From NCBI RefSeq assembly GCF_000143415.4, contig NW_003314311.1, forward strand, positions 1 to 64,000: DNA of 64,000 nt, written 5' to 3'. Numbering within the stretch: the first letter of the stretch is position 1; every line of letters begins with the position of its first letter. The stretch is from Selaginella moellendorffii. Taxonomy: Eukaryota > Plantae > Lycopodiophyta. The notes under the pieces were generated by a model. That model did not search any database and was not told where the DNA came from. It worked only from the letters and a program-made list of their open reading frames with translations. Positions 25,403 to 42,305 of the stretch are shown piece by piece. A program made the position numbers and the translations under genes.

Positions 25403-25462
25403 ATTTCTTCTCTTGCTCCCGTCTAGGTCGCGCGAGGCGGGCGGATTTCGTGGTGTTCTGCG

Positions 25463-29089
<3,627 letters not shown>

Positions 29090-29230
29090 ACAGCGAACTG
29101 TGAGAACTTTGTTTCTTAACCCTGTTTGTATTTATATCAGTCCAATTTAAATGCTTCCTAATATGGTTTGTGGGAGTTTCTATTTAATGTGATACCATAG
29201 TGAGATTTTTTTTATTATTATGGCTTATAC

Positions 29231-32200
29231 ATGCTTATAGCTACTTGTGTTGCTGCCACCGAAAGTCCGGTAAGTGTTTATATTTCTTCGTGTTCATATT
29301 TCTTCGAATCTCATGTAAGATTGACTTCAGGAGAGCTCGATATATATCGTTCATTTGCGAAACACCGATCAAAATCTTCATCCAGATGCTATTACCGAAT
29401 ACCATCACGGAATATTGGCAAGGTAAAACTATTTTTATAGCGATATATGTTGAACTCTGATTTACTTCCTGCAGCCATGATATTGCAAGAGAATCCATGG
29501 TTTACAGCTACGGATGTGGCAAGGATGCACTGATGGTCGACTCAGCCAATCATGCACTTCGGAGTCGATTCCAAGTGCTGGTCAGAGGTGGAGGCACCAG
29601 ACTAAGTTCAAGAGCTTGCTTGGTTCTTTCGTTATTTTTTCTCCCTACTAGAACTTTTGGTTTCCAGCCAAAGACTGAGCCTTCAACCACGGTGAGGTAC
29701 ATGCTTTAAATGGATTTGCTGCACGTTTCACCAAGGAACAAGCTGCTAGAATATCACGTACGTAAACTCTTCTGTTCTATTTTATATTTCCTTCTTACTA
29801 TAAGGCTTTTGGTTTGAGCAGAACACCACGATGTACAATCGGTTTTTCCTAGCAGGCGCGTGGAAACTTACACAACAAGGTCCTGGGACTACATGAGCAT
29901 GGGAAACTCACAAGACTCTCTATTTGGTACAAAACGCCCCCCGCTGCGGAGTGAAACCAAACAAGGAGAGGATGTTATCATCGGACTTGTGGACACTGGT
30001 ATATGGCCGGAAGCACAGAACTTCCATGACGACGGGATGAGCGCAGTTCCTAAGAGGTGGAAAGGAATTTGCCAAGAGGGAGAAGCATTCAATTCTTCCC
30101 ATTGCAACAGGTAACTTCGATTTTCTTTTTCTTTTTCTTTTTCTTTTCACCGCGTCTAATGTGTTGTGTTCAGGAAACTGATTGGAGCAAGATATTTCTA
30201 CCAAAGTTATCTACATTCGAAGGGCGCGGCAAATGTTTCTCAATTCGCACCTCAAATACGACTTTACATTTCAGCCAGAGATGACGTGGGTCATGGAACA
30301 CACACGTCCTCCATTGCCGCTGGAAGATACGTTCCAAACGCCAGCCTCTTTGGTCTGGCAAATGGAACTGCAGTAGGGGGAGCTCCAAAAGCCAGGCTCG
30401 CCATGTACGAAGTGCTTTGGGGCGGCAGCGGCGACGACGCGGATGTAACTGCTGGTATCGACGCTGCGGTCGAGGATGGAGTGGACATTATCTCCATGTC
30501 TTTGGGAGGCCGCGCCGTGCTTTCTTTCAAGTACGTCGGGTCTTTCATTGCGGCGCTCGGTGCCGTCGAGAAGGGTGTTGTGGTGGTAACAGCCGCTGGA
30601 AACGACGGTCCAGACACTTTCTCAGTTTCCAACTCACCTCCATGGATGATCACTGTTGGTGCTAGCGCCGATGACCGGACGTTCAAGAACAATGTCACTC
30701 TGGGGAATGGAGTGAGCTTTAAAGTAAGCCAACTTTCTGCTCAAAGCTCAAACAACTTCATAACTCTTTCTACTTTCAGGGGTTAAGCTTGACGCTCAAT
30801 GGCACCAAGGACTTCTTGCCTCTTGTATCTGGAGACGCCGCTGGATCGAGTATTTGTCGTTTAGGGGCTCTAGATCCCGTCAAAGTGAGGAACAATGTGG
30901 TGGTTTGTGAATACGATTATAGATATACTCCGGATCCCACTGCGGCAAGCGAAGCAGTTTTACATGCCGGAGGAGCTGGTGTTATATATTTCTACCAAGA
31001 CGAAAAGGCGACAGTAGATGGTCACCTCTGCGTCCTACCTTGTTCTTCCATTTCTGCAACTGATGCACAGAGAGTCCTCTCTTATATTTCATCTACAAGG
31101 TAACAGAAAGGCTTCTCTCCTTTCTCACATCGAACAATCTCTCTTTCCAGCAATCCGGTTGTGAATATAAGTCCAGTGGAAACAACTCTGGCCACGTCGA
31201 AGGTTCCAGTCGTGGCTACGTTCTCGGGCCGGGGTCCCGGTGCCGACCCGAACGTCGTCAAGGTATAGCTCAAACTCGATGCAAACGTTTCTATACTGAA
31301 AATCCTTTCGTGTTTCACAGCCTGATATCGTGGCACCTGGTGTCGATATCTTGGCAGCATATTCTCCAGTTCTCCCAGTTGAACCAGGCGATAAGCTCGA
31401 TCGACGTCGCACCAGTCACGTAATTTTTTCAGGAACCTCTATGGCCTGTCCTCACATTGCAGGCATTGTTGCGTTGCTCAAATCGCACCATCCGGACTGG
31501 AGTCCAGCAGCGATCCTATCAGCTATAGTCACGACAGGTGATAGTAACAACAATCTCTACAGCTTTTCTCAACTTTCAACTATTTTACAGGTTACAAGGA
31601 TGGGATGGTTGGAAACCCCTTCGACTTTGGAGGCGGCCATGTCAATCCAAACGCTGCACTTCATCCCGGCGTGCAAATCCGGTGCGACGCGTTTGAGCTT
31701 TACGGCCTCCCGGCTGTGGAAACTACAGCGATGTGCCGCTCAACGTCAACTATCCCTCCATAGCTCGGCTTGATCTCGCGAACAAAACGACCATCACCAG
31801 GAACGTTACCAATGTGGAGGAGGAGGGATCAGTGTACCGCGTGACCGTGATCAGCCCCCCGGGTTATAGCATCCAGGTAGAGCCCCAGGTTCTACGCTTC
31901 GATCGCAAGGGAGAGACGAAAACGTTCCGAGTCACGATGGAGGCAACGAGCGAGGCTGGGGATAATCTCTTTGAAGAGGCATTTGGGTCGATAACTTGGA
32001 GTGATGGGCTTCATGACGTAACGAGTCCTGTGGCTCTTGTAAGGTTCGCCAACATTCCTCTAGACTATGATCGAGAACCCAGTCCTCCTGCGAGAGCTAA
32101 TCCTACGAATAGTTTTTCTACGTGTCCTCCCACTGCGGCTATATCTTCAAGGTCAGAGTTTATAGCGCGAATTCAAATAACTGGTACTAATCTTTCTTTG

Positions 32201-32317
32201 TTTTTCCAGCTCCAACGCTTATATGTCTTCTTTATCGTTATATGTTTTCTCTACAGTGCTTTTGTGGCTCATAGCTGCGTAGTTATATCTATTAATTCTT
32301 GTAATTTGGTTAAATAG
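29231..32317 (+). pseudogene. Subtilisin-like S8 serine protease (I9, S8, PA, Fn3), probably pseudogenised
   Basis: Catalytic triad motifs VDTG, HGTHT and GTSMACPH are intact. Lesions: a 185-bp insertion in the I9 exon, a frameshift/stop near 30784, the missing LVYD..FLC segment near 31670, and a doubtful start. Confidence 0.75.
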
Positions 32318-32511
32318 ATATTTCATTTTTTTACATTTTTTCTACCAGTTGCTAGCCCACCAGCGTTGGCAGATACTTTGCAAAGCCGACAAACTTATCA
32401 ACCAAGTCACTAGACTTTGATGCCTATCAAACTCTATCAGCCCTGAATATAACCAGCGAGCTCTAAAGCTGTTGCAATAAGGCAGGGAGTCCTACTAGAT
32501 AGTAACATTTT

Positions 32512-34788
32512 TTAAGAATGAGCATAAGCATTGTGCAGAAGGTTATATGGGGCAGCCACCTCTGGTTCCAGCTCAAATATAAACCGGGCAACTCTCTCAG
32601 CTCTCACAACGTCCCCATTGATCCGACAGGCTGCAAGCAAACTCGTCCATGCCACTGCATCAGGCAAAAAAGGCATATTCAACACAAGCTCTTCCGCCTC
32701 TCCCAGCTTCTTGGCTCGTCCAAGAATGTCCACCAAACAGTAATAATGCTCGATCCTTGCAGCTACAAAGTGATCTTCAATCATCGCTGCAAAGTAGTGA
32801 CGGGCTTCGTCTATCATCCCCGAATGGCTGCAGCCGTGGAACAGCCCAACAAAGCTGCTCTCGTTGGGAATCATGCCTTCCAAGCTCATCTCTTTGAACA
32901 TAAAGTTCGATTCTCCAAGATTCCCATTCCGGGCATAGGCCGCAACCATAGTGTTCCAAGCAATCACATCCTTAAACTCCATGGCATCAAAAGTTTCGCG
33001 GCTTTCTACCACATTCCCTGCTTGCGAATATGCAGCAATCAAGGCCGACCAGGAAAGAGTGCTAAAACTTGGGATTCTCTCAAAGACCATCTTTGACTCA
33101 TTGAGATGCCCATTTTGGGCATAGCACACGAGCACCGTGTTCCACGACGTCACGTCCCTGTGGATCATCCTCTCAAAAGTCTCTCGTGTCTCGTTAAGGT
33201 GGCCTCTCGCAGCGAATGTCTGGAGAACCGCATTGCACGATCCAACGTCGAACTGGAGCATTCCCTCAAACATGTTTCGTGCTTCTTCCAGGCAGCCGTT
33301 TTGGGCATAGCCCGTGATCACCGCGTTCCACGAGATGGAGTCCCACTGTGGAAGCCTGTCAAACGTTGCCTTGGAAGCATCCATGTCGCCACCTCGAGCA
33401 AAAGCCCGGATCAAACACGTCCACAGGACGATGTCTCGCTTTCCCGTGACCGATCGAAAAAGGTTTCTGGCGTTGTCGGGATCTCCACATTCGGACTCCA
33501 CGAGCATCATGGAGCTGAAAGAGAGAATGTCTCTCTCGGGCATTGCTTGGAAGAAGTCTCTGGTTTTCTCAATATGCCCGGCTTGGGCATATACCGCTAG
33601 AGCCGCATTGAGCGATATCATGTCCCAGTATGCCATCCTCGAGAGAGTGGCTTCCACTCCAGCGAGATCTCTGGCGTTCGCGAAAGCATCGAGCATGGAG
33701 TTCCATGCAACTATGTCTTTGAGTGGCATCTCTTGGAATACGCTCTCGGCTCCAAGAACATCACCCTCGATCGAGAGAGCTCCCAGGAGAGACGTCCATG
33801 AGACGCAGTTCCTGCTGGGCATGAGATCAAAAGCGGCTCTTGCATCGTCAATCGCCCTGGCATGGCCGAAGGCAGCCACCATTGCAGACCACACAACGAT
33901 GTTCTTCTCGGGGATTGCATCAAACGTTGCCTTGGCTTCGTCAAGGAGATTGGAACGAGCGTAGGCTTGAATCATACAGACCCAAGAGGTGGTGTCTTTG
34001 TCTTGCTGCTCGTCAAACAAGTTTCTCGCTTGATCGACATACCCGGCCTGGGCATATGCTTGGGTCAAGGCATTCCAAGAGGCTACGTCGTAAAAGGGCA
34101 TCTCAACAAGCAATGCTTTAGCCTTTTCCAGATTGCCTATTTGTCCATACTCCACTGCCAAGACTGTGACAGACACTACATCATGTAGCGGCATTAGACT
34201 CAATACTTGGCTCGCAGATTGCAAATCACCTCTCTTGCCATGTGCTCTGATCAGGGTTGTCCACGAGATTGCATCTTTCTCAGGCATGAAATCGTAAAAA
34301 TTTCCAACATGTGGGGTATCTTGAACTGCTAGCATTGTGTTGCAAGATACTAAGTTCCACTGAGGAAGCTTGGTAAAAACCTCTCTGGTTTGCTCCAAAA
34401 AATGCCCAGTTTGGGCATATGCTGTAAGGAGGGCAGTCCAGGACACCACATTCTTCTCCGGCATCGCATCGAATGCTCTCTTAGACCCGTGCAAGTTACC
34501 AGTTCGGGAATATGTGCTGAGGATGATATTCCACGAGAAAAGATTCGGGTGGTGGATGGAGTCGAAGACAGCTTTTGCATCTTGCAGGCTCCCGCATTTG
34601 CCATACATGTCAACAAGCAAGTTGAGAAGGTATCTGTCATGCCTGTGCTCAGAGGCAAGGATTTGTGCGTGCGTGGCTTTTGCTTTGGACAAGTCCCGTG
34701 ATTCACCGCACCGCCTCACTAAAAGACTTAAGGAGCTGAGAGTCTCTCTTGCAATGGAAATGGTCGATAGAAGTCTCCTAAAGAGCAT
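32512..34788 (-). CDS. PLS-class PPR protein with truncated E domain, no DYW (758 aa)
   Basis: Transit-peptide-like N-terminus, ~31-aa repeats (FDAMPEKNVVSW), EHYYCLVDILGRA, PDAVAWTSLLAAC. Confidence 0.95.
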   Translation of the reverse strand: MLFRRLLSTISIARETLSSLSLLVRRCGESRDLSKAKATHAQILASEHRHDRYLLNLLVDMYGKCGSLQDAKAVFDSIHHPNLFSWNIILSTYSRTGNLHGSKRAFDAMPEKNVVSWTALLTAYAQTGHFLEQTREVFTKLPQWNLVSCNTMLAVQDTPHVGNFYDFMPEKDAISWTTLIRAHGKRGDLQSASQVLSLMPLHDVVSVTVLAVEYGQIGNLEKAKALLVEMPFYDVASWNALTQAYAQAGYVDQARNLFDEQQDKDTTSWVCMIQAYARSNLLDEAKATFDAIPEKNIVVWSAMVAAFGHARAIDDARAAFDLMPSRNCVSWTSLLGALSIEGDVLGAESVFQEMPLKDIVAWNSMLDAFANARDLAGVEATLSRMAYWDMISLNAALAVYAQAGHIEKTRDFFQAMPERDILSFSSMMLVESECGDPDNARNLFRSVTGKRDIVLWTCLIRAFARGGDMDASKATFDRLPQWDSISWNAVITGYAQNGCLEEARNMFEGMLQFDVGSCNAVLQTFAARGHLNETRETFERMIHRDVTSWNTVLVCYAQNGHLNESKMVFERIPSFSTLSWSALIAAYSQAGNVVESRETFDAMEFKDVIAWNTMVAAYARNGNLGESNFMFKEMSLEGMIPNESSFVGLFHGCSHSGMIDEARHYFAAMIEDHFVAARIEHYYCLVDILGRAKKLGEAEELVLNMPFLPDAVAWTSLLAACRINGDVVRAERVARFIFELEPEVAAPYNLLHNAYAHS

Positions 34789-37640
34789 AAGCTGAGGTTT
34801 TAGTGCACTTTAAGGTTTGAGTTAGTTCTTTTCTCTGTTTCTCTGTGTCCCGCACGACAATGTGCGGTTTTTCAGAGTGAAAGATATGAATATCAAACTC
34901 TTTTGCTAATATGGATACATACTCAGAGGCCTCTGCAAAGGCCTCTGGAAGTGCACTTTATTCCGCTTTATGGAAACTAGGGGAGCTCTACTACATCTTG
35001 TTCACATTTTGCTTTTCTTAAACGAATATCATCACCTCTATCAGACAAGGAGGAATTCCATGACAGAAGTTCCTTCACTTCTTCCGTTCCAGGTAACAAT
35101 AACATGTGACTTTCCTGTTTGGTACATACATAAAGCCCAATGCACTTTGATCTTCTGCTTGCTCTTACGGCATCGAGGAGATCGGCTTCGTTGGTTGGGA
35201 AGAACGCCTTGGTGAAACTTCTGAGGAATACAGTGGCACCATGTGTCACAAGTTTCACAATATACAGGGACATTAAAACATTCCAAACATTTTAGTTTTG
35301 CAGTGACAATGTTCTCCACAGCTGTCCTCCACAACCAAGTATGAGATATTGTTGGATTCAGTGATCCACCAAAAAAATGGCCAGTCGCAAAAGATACCAA
35401 GGTTACTTTAGTAGAGCTTCACAATCTCAACATGGCAGGGTTTGTGCTGGAAGCTTCAAATGGATGATATCCTGCAACACAGCCGCAGATGCCAATGGAA
35501 CCCATTCCAGTAAAGGAAGAGTCTGTAAATGTGTCTGCCCAGCATGGAAATTTGACACCATTGGCCCAGGAACATTTTTTGAGACTGATCATTATGAAGA
35601 AGCACCCCTTTCTCTAACGAACCACAACTCTGTGGTTAAAGCAATGGTTTGTATAAGTTCAATTTATTTTTTACATATTATTAAAGAAATATTCTATAAA
35701 TATTCTCTGATGTGGCTTCCCTGCAGCCGGTCCACCGGGCTGCACGCTCCATCATAAGCAAGTGTAAGATTTCTAGTAGGGACTGCCAAGAATTATAAAA
35801 ACAGCGCAGCTCCTTATACTTTGATGCTCAAGGAATTAAAAACCTGTAATAATATATACTTTTAGCCTCACACTAATCCAGTCTGATTTCTGAAAGCATT
35901 GTGGTGGGATGCGGAGGAAAAAGGACTGATATATAATTGATAAAAACTTGGAAAATGTACACCAGCTTTGCAAGGAACCTTCTAAAGCATTCAAGCCTAT
36001 ACTGTTAACAGACATAGAAGTCTGGGTAACATACCTGAGGCGCCAAACAGACTGGGGAACCAACTGCTCCTAAATTGCAGTCCATGCATCCGGGAGGAGG
36101 ACATTGCCAATGCAATCAGATAGCTACACTGTTGCAAAGCAACTGATGTGCACGGTGGAGCTACTCCAGGTTTGTGATATAAACTTCCTTGTGAGGATAC
36201 TCTGGCCAATCTTTGATATTGCTGAAGTTTCCAGAGCAATAGACGTTAATCGCTTGGCTCCCATCTACAAAATCGGTGACCCAATGCTAATGTATCAAAC
36301 TATCATGGTTAGTTTGGTATTTCGAAAATCTTTACCCAAGTTCTTCAGAGACCACTTGTTGACTAGAGTTAGAGGAATACAAAAAGGGCCCTTGGACAAG
36401 CTCACTTTTGCCCTTGTTACAGTTGTGCTGATCATCTGATCAAATTTCCAAACATTACACAAGGATTGTACATTAGTGCCTTAGGACACTCGTCCACAAA
36501 AGTCAACTATCAGACATTCAGATGGCAGGGCAAAAACCTGAGAGGCAAGTGAAAAAGTGTCGAGACTATTAGTGAAACACAGTGACAGTGTGTGAAAAAG
36601 AGTGAATCAGGCCAGAGTCCGAGAGTGACCGAGACTGTGACACTAAGTGGACGAGACAGGGACATTCATTGTTTGAGACTCTGACACTTACAAAAGCAAC
36701 CACATCAGAGCCAAGTCAGAGTGAAGTTAGTACCACGCTAGGACCTCATTTTTGCCACGTCGTTGATAGTTTTTTGGGTTTAGGGTTTGGACCATGACCT
36801 TTGATTCGCGCGGTTTGGGAGTCAGCGGCTAGGTGCAGTGTAGGATGGTCGCATGTTGGAGTGTATTCCTGCAGTGCAAGTGCATTGTGAGCTCCATTGC
36901 AGCAGCATTGGACTGGTAAGTTTTTTTGGCCTTCCTCCATGACTTCTAACAGTGAGTGTAGTGGAATCTAGTAAGGGAAGGAGCACATGTGTCGAGGTGC
37001 AGCAAGTCCCTTTTACTCAAAAACAACTTTGGGTAAAAGCCATGAAGGTTTGAGCTGCTGCATTGTGTCCCCCTAAAAAGTCAACGACCAGGAAGTCTTG
37101 TGTGGTTTGAACCCCATCCATGGTGACCAAGACTTTGCAAAGAAGACCTATTAGTGGCACTTGATGCTAGGCAAAAGTCTTGAGGAGCACTGATGTTGGC
37201 ATGACTACAGGCAAGCCAAACTCTTGATAGATATATGCTAAGATGATGTTGATTTCAAATCAAGAGTTGATGATCACATTTTGGATAATGTGGAGTCCAA
37301 TTTTATCCATGTAAAAGAATGCTCCAAGATCAATCTCCCCCATTTCATCTATAATATGCACATTTGCATGCTAGAGCTCTTGCCAAACATGAGGTAGTTG
37401 ATTGGCAATACCTACAAATCCAACATATGTGGAACCAGCTAGAGAAGCTATAAGATATCAAGGTTTGGTTGCATCAGTTTCAATGAGTGAGTATGGTTAG
37501 TGTTGTTGCAAAGCACAAAACAACCCAATTTATGGAATATATAAATCTTTAGCACTGACAGTCATTAAGAGAGGCTGCTACTTAGGTTCTACAGTCATCT
37601 CCAAAGGTACAACAATGTGATAAATTTACCTTTTGTACCC

Positions 37641-37773
37641 ATCTTGTAGAATCAAATTGTATGTTCAAAGGCTTGGAAGGCATGATTCCCAATGAGAGTA
37701 GCTTTATTGGGCTGTTTCAAGAATGCAACCATTTGGGGATGATAGATGAAACTTGTCACTACTTTGCAAATAT
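37641..37773 (+). pseudogene. Inverted decayed fragment of a PPR gene
   Basis: LEGMIPNESSFIGLFQECNHLGMIDETCHYFA aligns at DNA level with ~32782-32921 (minus strand). Confidence 0.85.
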
Positions 37774-38696
37774 GTATGAAATACATCACTACACTTCTAA
37801 AGGAGTATAATGCTAGAATAGAAGGTGGAGAGTATATAGTTGCCATTCAAGAATTTTTTTTATTTTTCATTAGGCACAAAAAATGTGGAAATATATATGT
37901 TCCTTACAAGCACATGTACTCTATCTTCATCAAACACCTTACACTAGGATTCAAAAGTGGGCATTTATATACACTAGGCAAATCTAGTTACAAAATATTT
38001 TGGGAGTTAACTAGATTTGCCAAGACTATTGATGTTAATCCTATCAATAATATAAAAATTTTATTTTATATAATTAATAAAAGACATACTTTTCATTTTA
38101 AGACAAACACTGTTGTATTTACAAAAGGAAACAAGAAGAAATAACAAAATTATAAATGACAAAAAAATGCAATGTAGCAAAGCTTAGCCTGCTTTAGTTT
38201 TTTATATGTTTTCTAAGCTCTTTTATAACTTATCACATCTTTTGTCTCTTTACCATCTCAAAAAATATTTCATAGTAATTTTTCATAGGCATGATGGTGG
38301 CAATAAAATCTAGAGTGTGTAGTAATCTTTAAATTGGCCTATTAGCTGTTATATACACACCTTCTTTGCACTATAGTCAATATATAACTGGAAAGCTAGC
38401 GAGATACTTATATATCAAGTTCTCCTATTGGAGGAATGTCAAAGATATTTAAAATATTATTGCATTGCAAAATCTTGTTTAACTTTAATTAGATAAAATC
38501 ATGAGGGTACTACTTGATAACAATAAGAATGATTGGAAAAATGGGTGTAATTTTGTTTATAAGCCCTTTCTCTCAATATATAGCTTTATAAATTGTTTTT
38601 TTAATTATTCTTTTTAATTGCTTATAATCCACCACATTTTTTTTGTAAATTCACACCCTCTTAAACAGAAATTAAGAGTTGTAACTCTTTTGAGAG

Positions 38697-39180
38697 CCCC
38701 ACTCTCTTGACACTTTACCCCTTGAGTTGTGCCTAGCCGTTGGTAAATTAAACCTATCAAATGTCAACTTAACATGTGATGTGAAGCCTCTAACCAATCA
38801 ACAAAGCTAAACTTGAGGCTTCTTTAATACCAAATATAAATTTTTGACTTCCTAAGAAGTCACTTAGACCAATATTACTCAAACCCAAGAATATATGTTC
38901 TTTTTGGTTACTTATAATCTATCACGTTTTCTTATATGTTCATACCCTTGTAAATAGAAGCTAAAAGCCACAACTTTCCCGAAAACCCCACTCTCTTGAC
39001 ACTTTACCCCTCTAGTTGGGCCTAGCCGAAGGCAAACTAAACTTCCTAGATGTCAATTTCAATATATGATGTGATTCTTTTAACCAGTCAACAAAGTTGG
39101 ACCTAAAACCTCTTTGATACCAAATGTAAGCTCTTGAATTTAAATTTCCCGGGAAGTCATCCAACCTAGTATTACTCAAA
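38697..39180. repeat. Diverged tandem duplication, period about 290 bp
   Basis: CCCCACTCTCTTGACACTTTACCCCT at ~38697 and ~38987, with ~190 bp of downstream similarity. Confidence 0.8.
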
Positions 39181-39283
39181 TTTAAAAACACTTAACTATC
39201 CCAAGAATTTTAACCAATTGAAAAAAGGGGTATACTTTTATTTATGAGTTCTTCCTTTTTATATTTAAACCTCTATGGATTAT

Positions 39284-39988
39284 TGTAGCGCATCTTATCT
39301 CTTTCCCCTTAAGCCAACTGGAAAAGGGGCAATTGCTTATTGGAAAAGGGGCAATTGCTTGATGAGAGAGCCCTTAGTGGCTATTTTATCCCCATTTATC
39401 CCCCAAGGTTCTAAGGATCCACGGTGAACGGTGACAGTATATCCAAATCTTATCCCATGATCATATGCGCTACACTCACCCCCCCTTCAGAGATGTTAAT
39501 GTCCTCATTGACTATTGACTAACAACCCTTTGGCTCAGCCAAGGGGAACCAGCCCCTCCATTTCCGCACTCAATCTACCAATCCTTCCATTGTGTAGATT
39601 AGTTATTCCATGTGAGGCAACTAGTCATTCACCCGTACCGCAGTCCCACGGTAGATACTTTCGTTCGTGGATACTCCACACAAGAGGAAGGACGTACGCA
39701 TGGATGCCCAATACGTATGATTTCAAATTTAGGGGTAGAAATATACTTTGCTTAAGGGTATATTATACTTTTAAATAGCCACTAATCAATGGGAATCAAA
39801 CTTGTGCCATTTACTCTGATACCAACTGTAGCGCACCTTATCTCTCTCCCCTTAAGCCAACTGGAAAAAGGGCAATTGTTTGATGAGAGAGCCCTTAGTG
39901 GCTATTTTATCCCCATTTATCCCCCAAGGTTCCAAGGATCCACGATGATAGTATATCTAAATCTCATCCCATGATCACATGTGCTACA
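39284..39988 (-). mobile_element. TRIM (terminal-repeat retrotransposon in miniature), 705 bp
   Basis: LTRs at 39284-39474 and 39827-39988 (TGTAGCGCA...GCTACA). TSD ATTAT on both sides. Minus-strand PBS TGGTATCAGAG (39814-39824) and G-rich PPT (39475-39488). Confidence 0.95.
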
Positions 39989-41383
39989 ATTATCTTTTAA
40001 GTCGTTCTCTTTGGTTGCTTACACAAGTTAAATGTTCTTGAATTTAAGTAATACTAGGCTAAATGACCTCCCAAAAAATTTAAATTCAAAAGCTTATAAT
40101 GTCCCCTACCATTATTTGCACAAACACTTTAAATGCTACTAGAACTCTACCTTGATAAAATGGCATTACTAGTTTAGGCTTTGAGTGTAATGAAACTCCT
40201 ATCACAACCTTCCAAGAGTTGAACATTCCCAAAACTAGCATAAATACTATTTTAGTTTGCCCCAACCCCATCTAATAGAAAAACAAAGAAGAAAATTGTC
40301 AAGCTTACTAATCCACTTTAGCACAATGTTAGGAAAAGACTTCCAAAATATTTCTTAAGCTGCCTTGTTTTGTACTTTGAACTCTAATTATTAAGTTGCA
40401 ACATAATATGTGAGAAAGGCAATGTTTAAAACCATTTTAACATAGTGAAAAAGAAAAAATTACCTTTAATATATATATGAACTTCCATAGTCAAAATGTA
40501 TCCATATATTCATATACATTCATTTGGGAAACAAAATCTACACTATAGGTAAAGCCCATCATCTTGATGAGGAAGGGGCACTCATACTCATTAAAAATTT
40601 GGTCTAAAAACAATTTCCTACAGATGAACTTGTTCATATAGGTTAGTATTAGTTCAAGGATGGAATTGATAATATTATTGTAAAATTTAAAATACTATAT
40701 GTATACTTTTTGAGGCTAATAGCAAGTTGTGCACCTTGTGATAAATCCAGCATGGTCTTTTAAACATGCTTTGGAATTGAAGATGAGTTCTCACAATCTT
40801 TAAATCTTACAATATTTTTAAACAATTGATTAAACTCTTTTGTATCTCTTCTTCTAGTGGGTGTGCATGTGGAAACATGTATTATGGCTCTGCCAGCCAC
40901 TCTGTCCCAAATATAGCACACATGGTTTTGACTTATACTCTATGGTGAATTACTATAAGATAACCCTAATCACTATTAATATATAAATATTTTCATAATT
41001 ACTTTCTTTATTTATATGTTTAATTTTATTAACGAAAGAAATATTATAATAGAATATATACTGTTTAGAATTTAGTCTCCCAAAGTAACTTTTTCCCTCT
41101 TGGATGGTGAAATATTACATAAGAGCTAGAGGTGTTATATTTTTCTTCTTTAGATAATAAAAATGGATCCAAAATAAAAGAAAGATTATATAAATGTTAT
41201 TGAGGTTTTTAAGTTTTTGTCAAATGGCAAACACACATCTTCTATTTTTATTACATATTTTAATTTTAATACATTTTTATTATTTACATTCATATAAATT
41301 ATTCTAATTCTTTTTTTTTATAAGGTATAGAAATATTTAAACTATTTTATAATTTTTATATTCTACATATTTGAAGTCATTTG

Positions 41384-42257
41384 TTATGCTATAGTCAAAT
41401 CATCATTATAGTAGATAAGAATAACTGGAACATAAAAGTAAGCTGGCAATCCTGAGCCAAGATACTCGTAAATCAGCTTCTCCTTAATTGGAGGAGGGAA
41501 CTCATCAATGTCAGAAATATCTGGAACACCATTGCATTGCAAAGTCTTGTTTAAATCCAACTGGATAAACTCATGAGCGTCACTCAAGCTCACTGCTCGA
41601 CAAGAGTAGCTATCTGCATGACTGTTGTAATCTTTGTAGCGATCTAGAATCTGGCCCACAGTTTCTTCGCAAGGAACCTATAAAGTGTTATCTCCTAAGA
41701 TCTTGGAAAGTGAAAAAGAGTTCTTCCTTTTCCATACCTCTAGAAGGATGTCTTGGTTGATGAGAACGTTCTTCACTCGAATGCACCGAGTTCTTTTGCT
41801 TAGTTTGCCAATCATGTACTTGGGATCGTTCCACCACTCAAACTCAAACGATGAATCCCAGTCTGTTCTAGGAGCGCGTGGAGGGACGTGAACAAATCTC
41901 CCCTGCCAAGACCAAATTTTGCTCGATCGATAAACTCTTCACGATTTCTTTTAGAACTTCCAATAAACTTTGATGAATTTGTACCTCCGGCGTGTGGAAG
42001 AGCTCCTGCTTGGAAACCGGATCAATGTGGCGTTTGACGCTTCCAGTGCTGGGATCAAACCAGTGACTGATATCGCCTCCTCCGGCGTGGATCAAGAGCT
42101 TGCCAAGAAACGCTGGATTGCGAGTGACGAGATTGGTGACATCGTAGACCGATCCGAGCAGCGTGATCCAGCAATCGCCAGGAGTGCAGTGCTGCTTGAC
42201 CTCAGTGGCCGTGTACCAGCCGCTCTTGCGCTTGGGCGTCGTGGGGATCATCGCCAT
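41384..42257 (-). CDS. CYB5D1: Cytochrome b5 domain-containing protein 1 (ciliary radial-spoke-type), 3 exons
   Basis: HCTPGDCW...GDISHWFD, GRFVHVPP..PRTDW, IGKLSKRTR, YNSHADSY, C-terminal YYNDDLTIA. Confidence 0.92.
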
Positions 42258-42305
42258 GGCGCTAAAACCCTAGATCCAAAGCGTCAGCCCTAAAAGCGCA
42301 AAATT

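Noticed and set aside
35041-35400. Cys-rich ORF suggesting a CxC/KDZ transposase
   Set aside because: No catalytic motifs found, and an overlapping frame fits a host-gene fragment at least as well.
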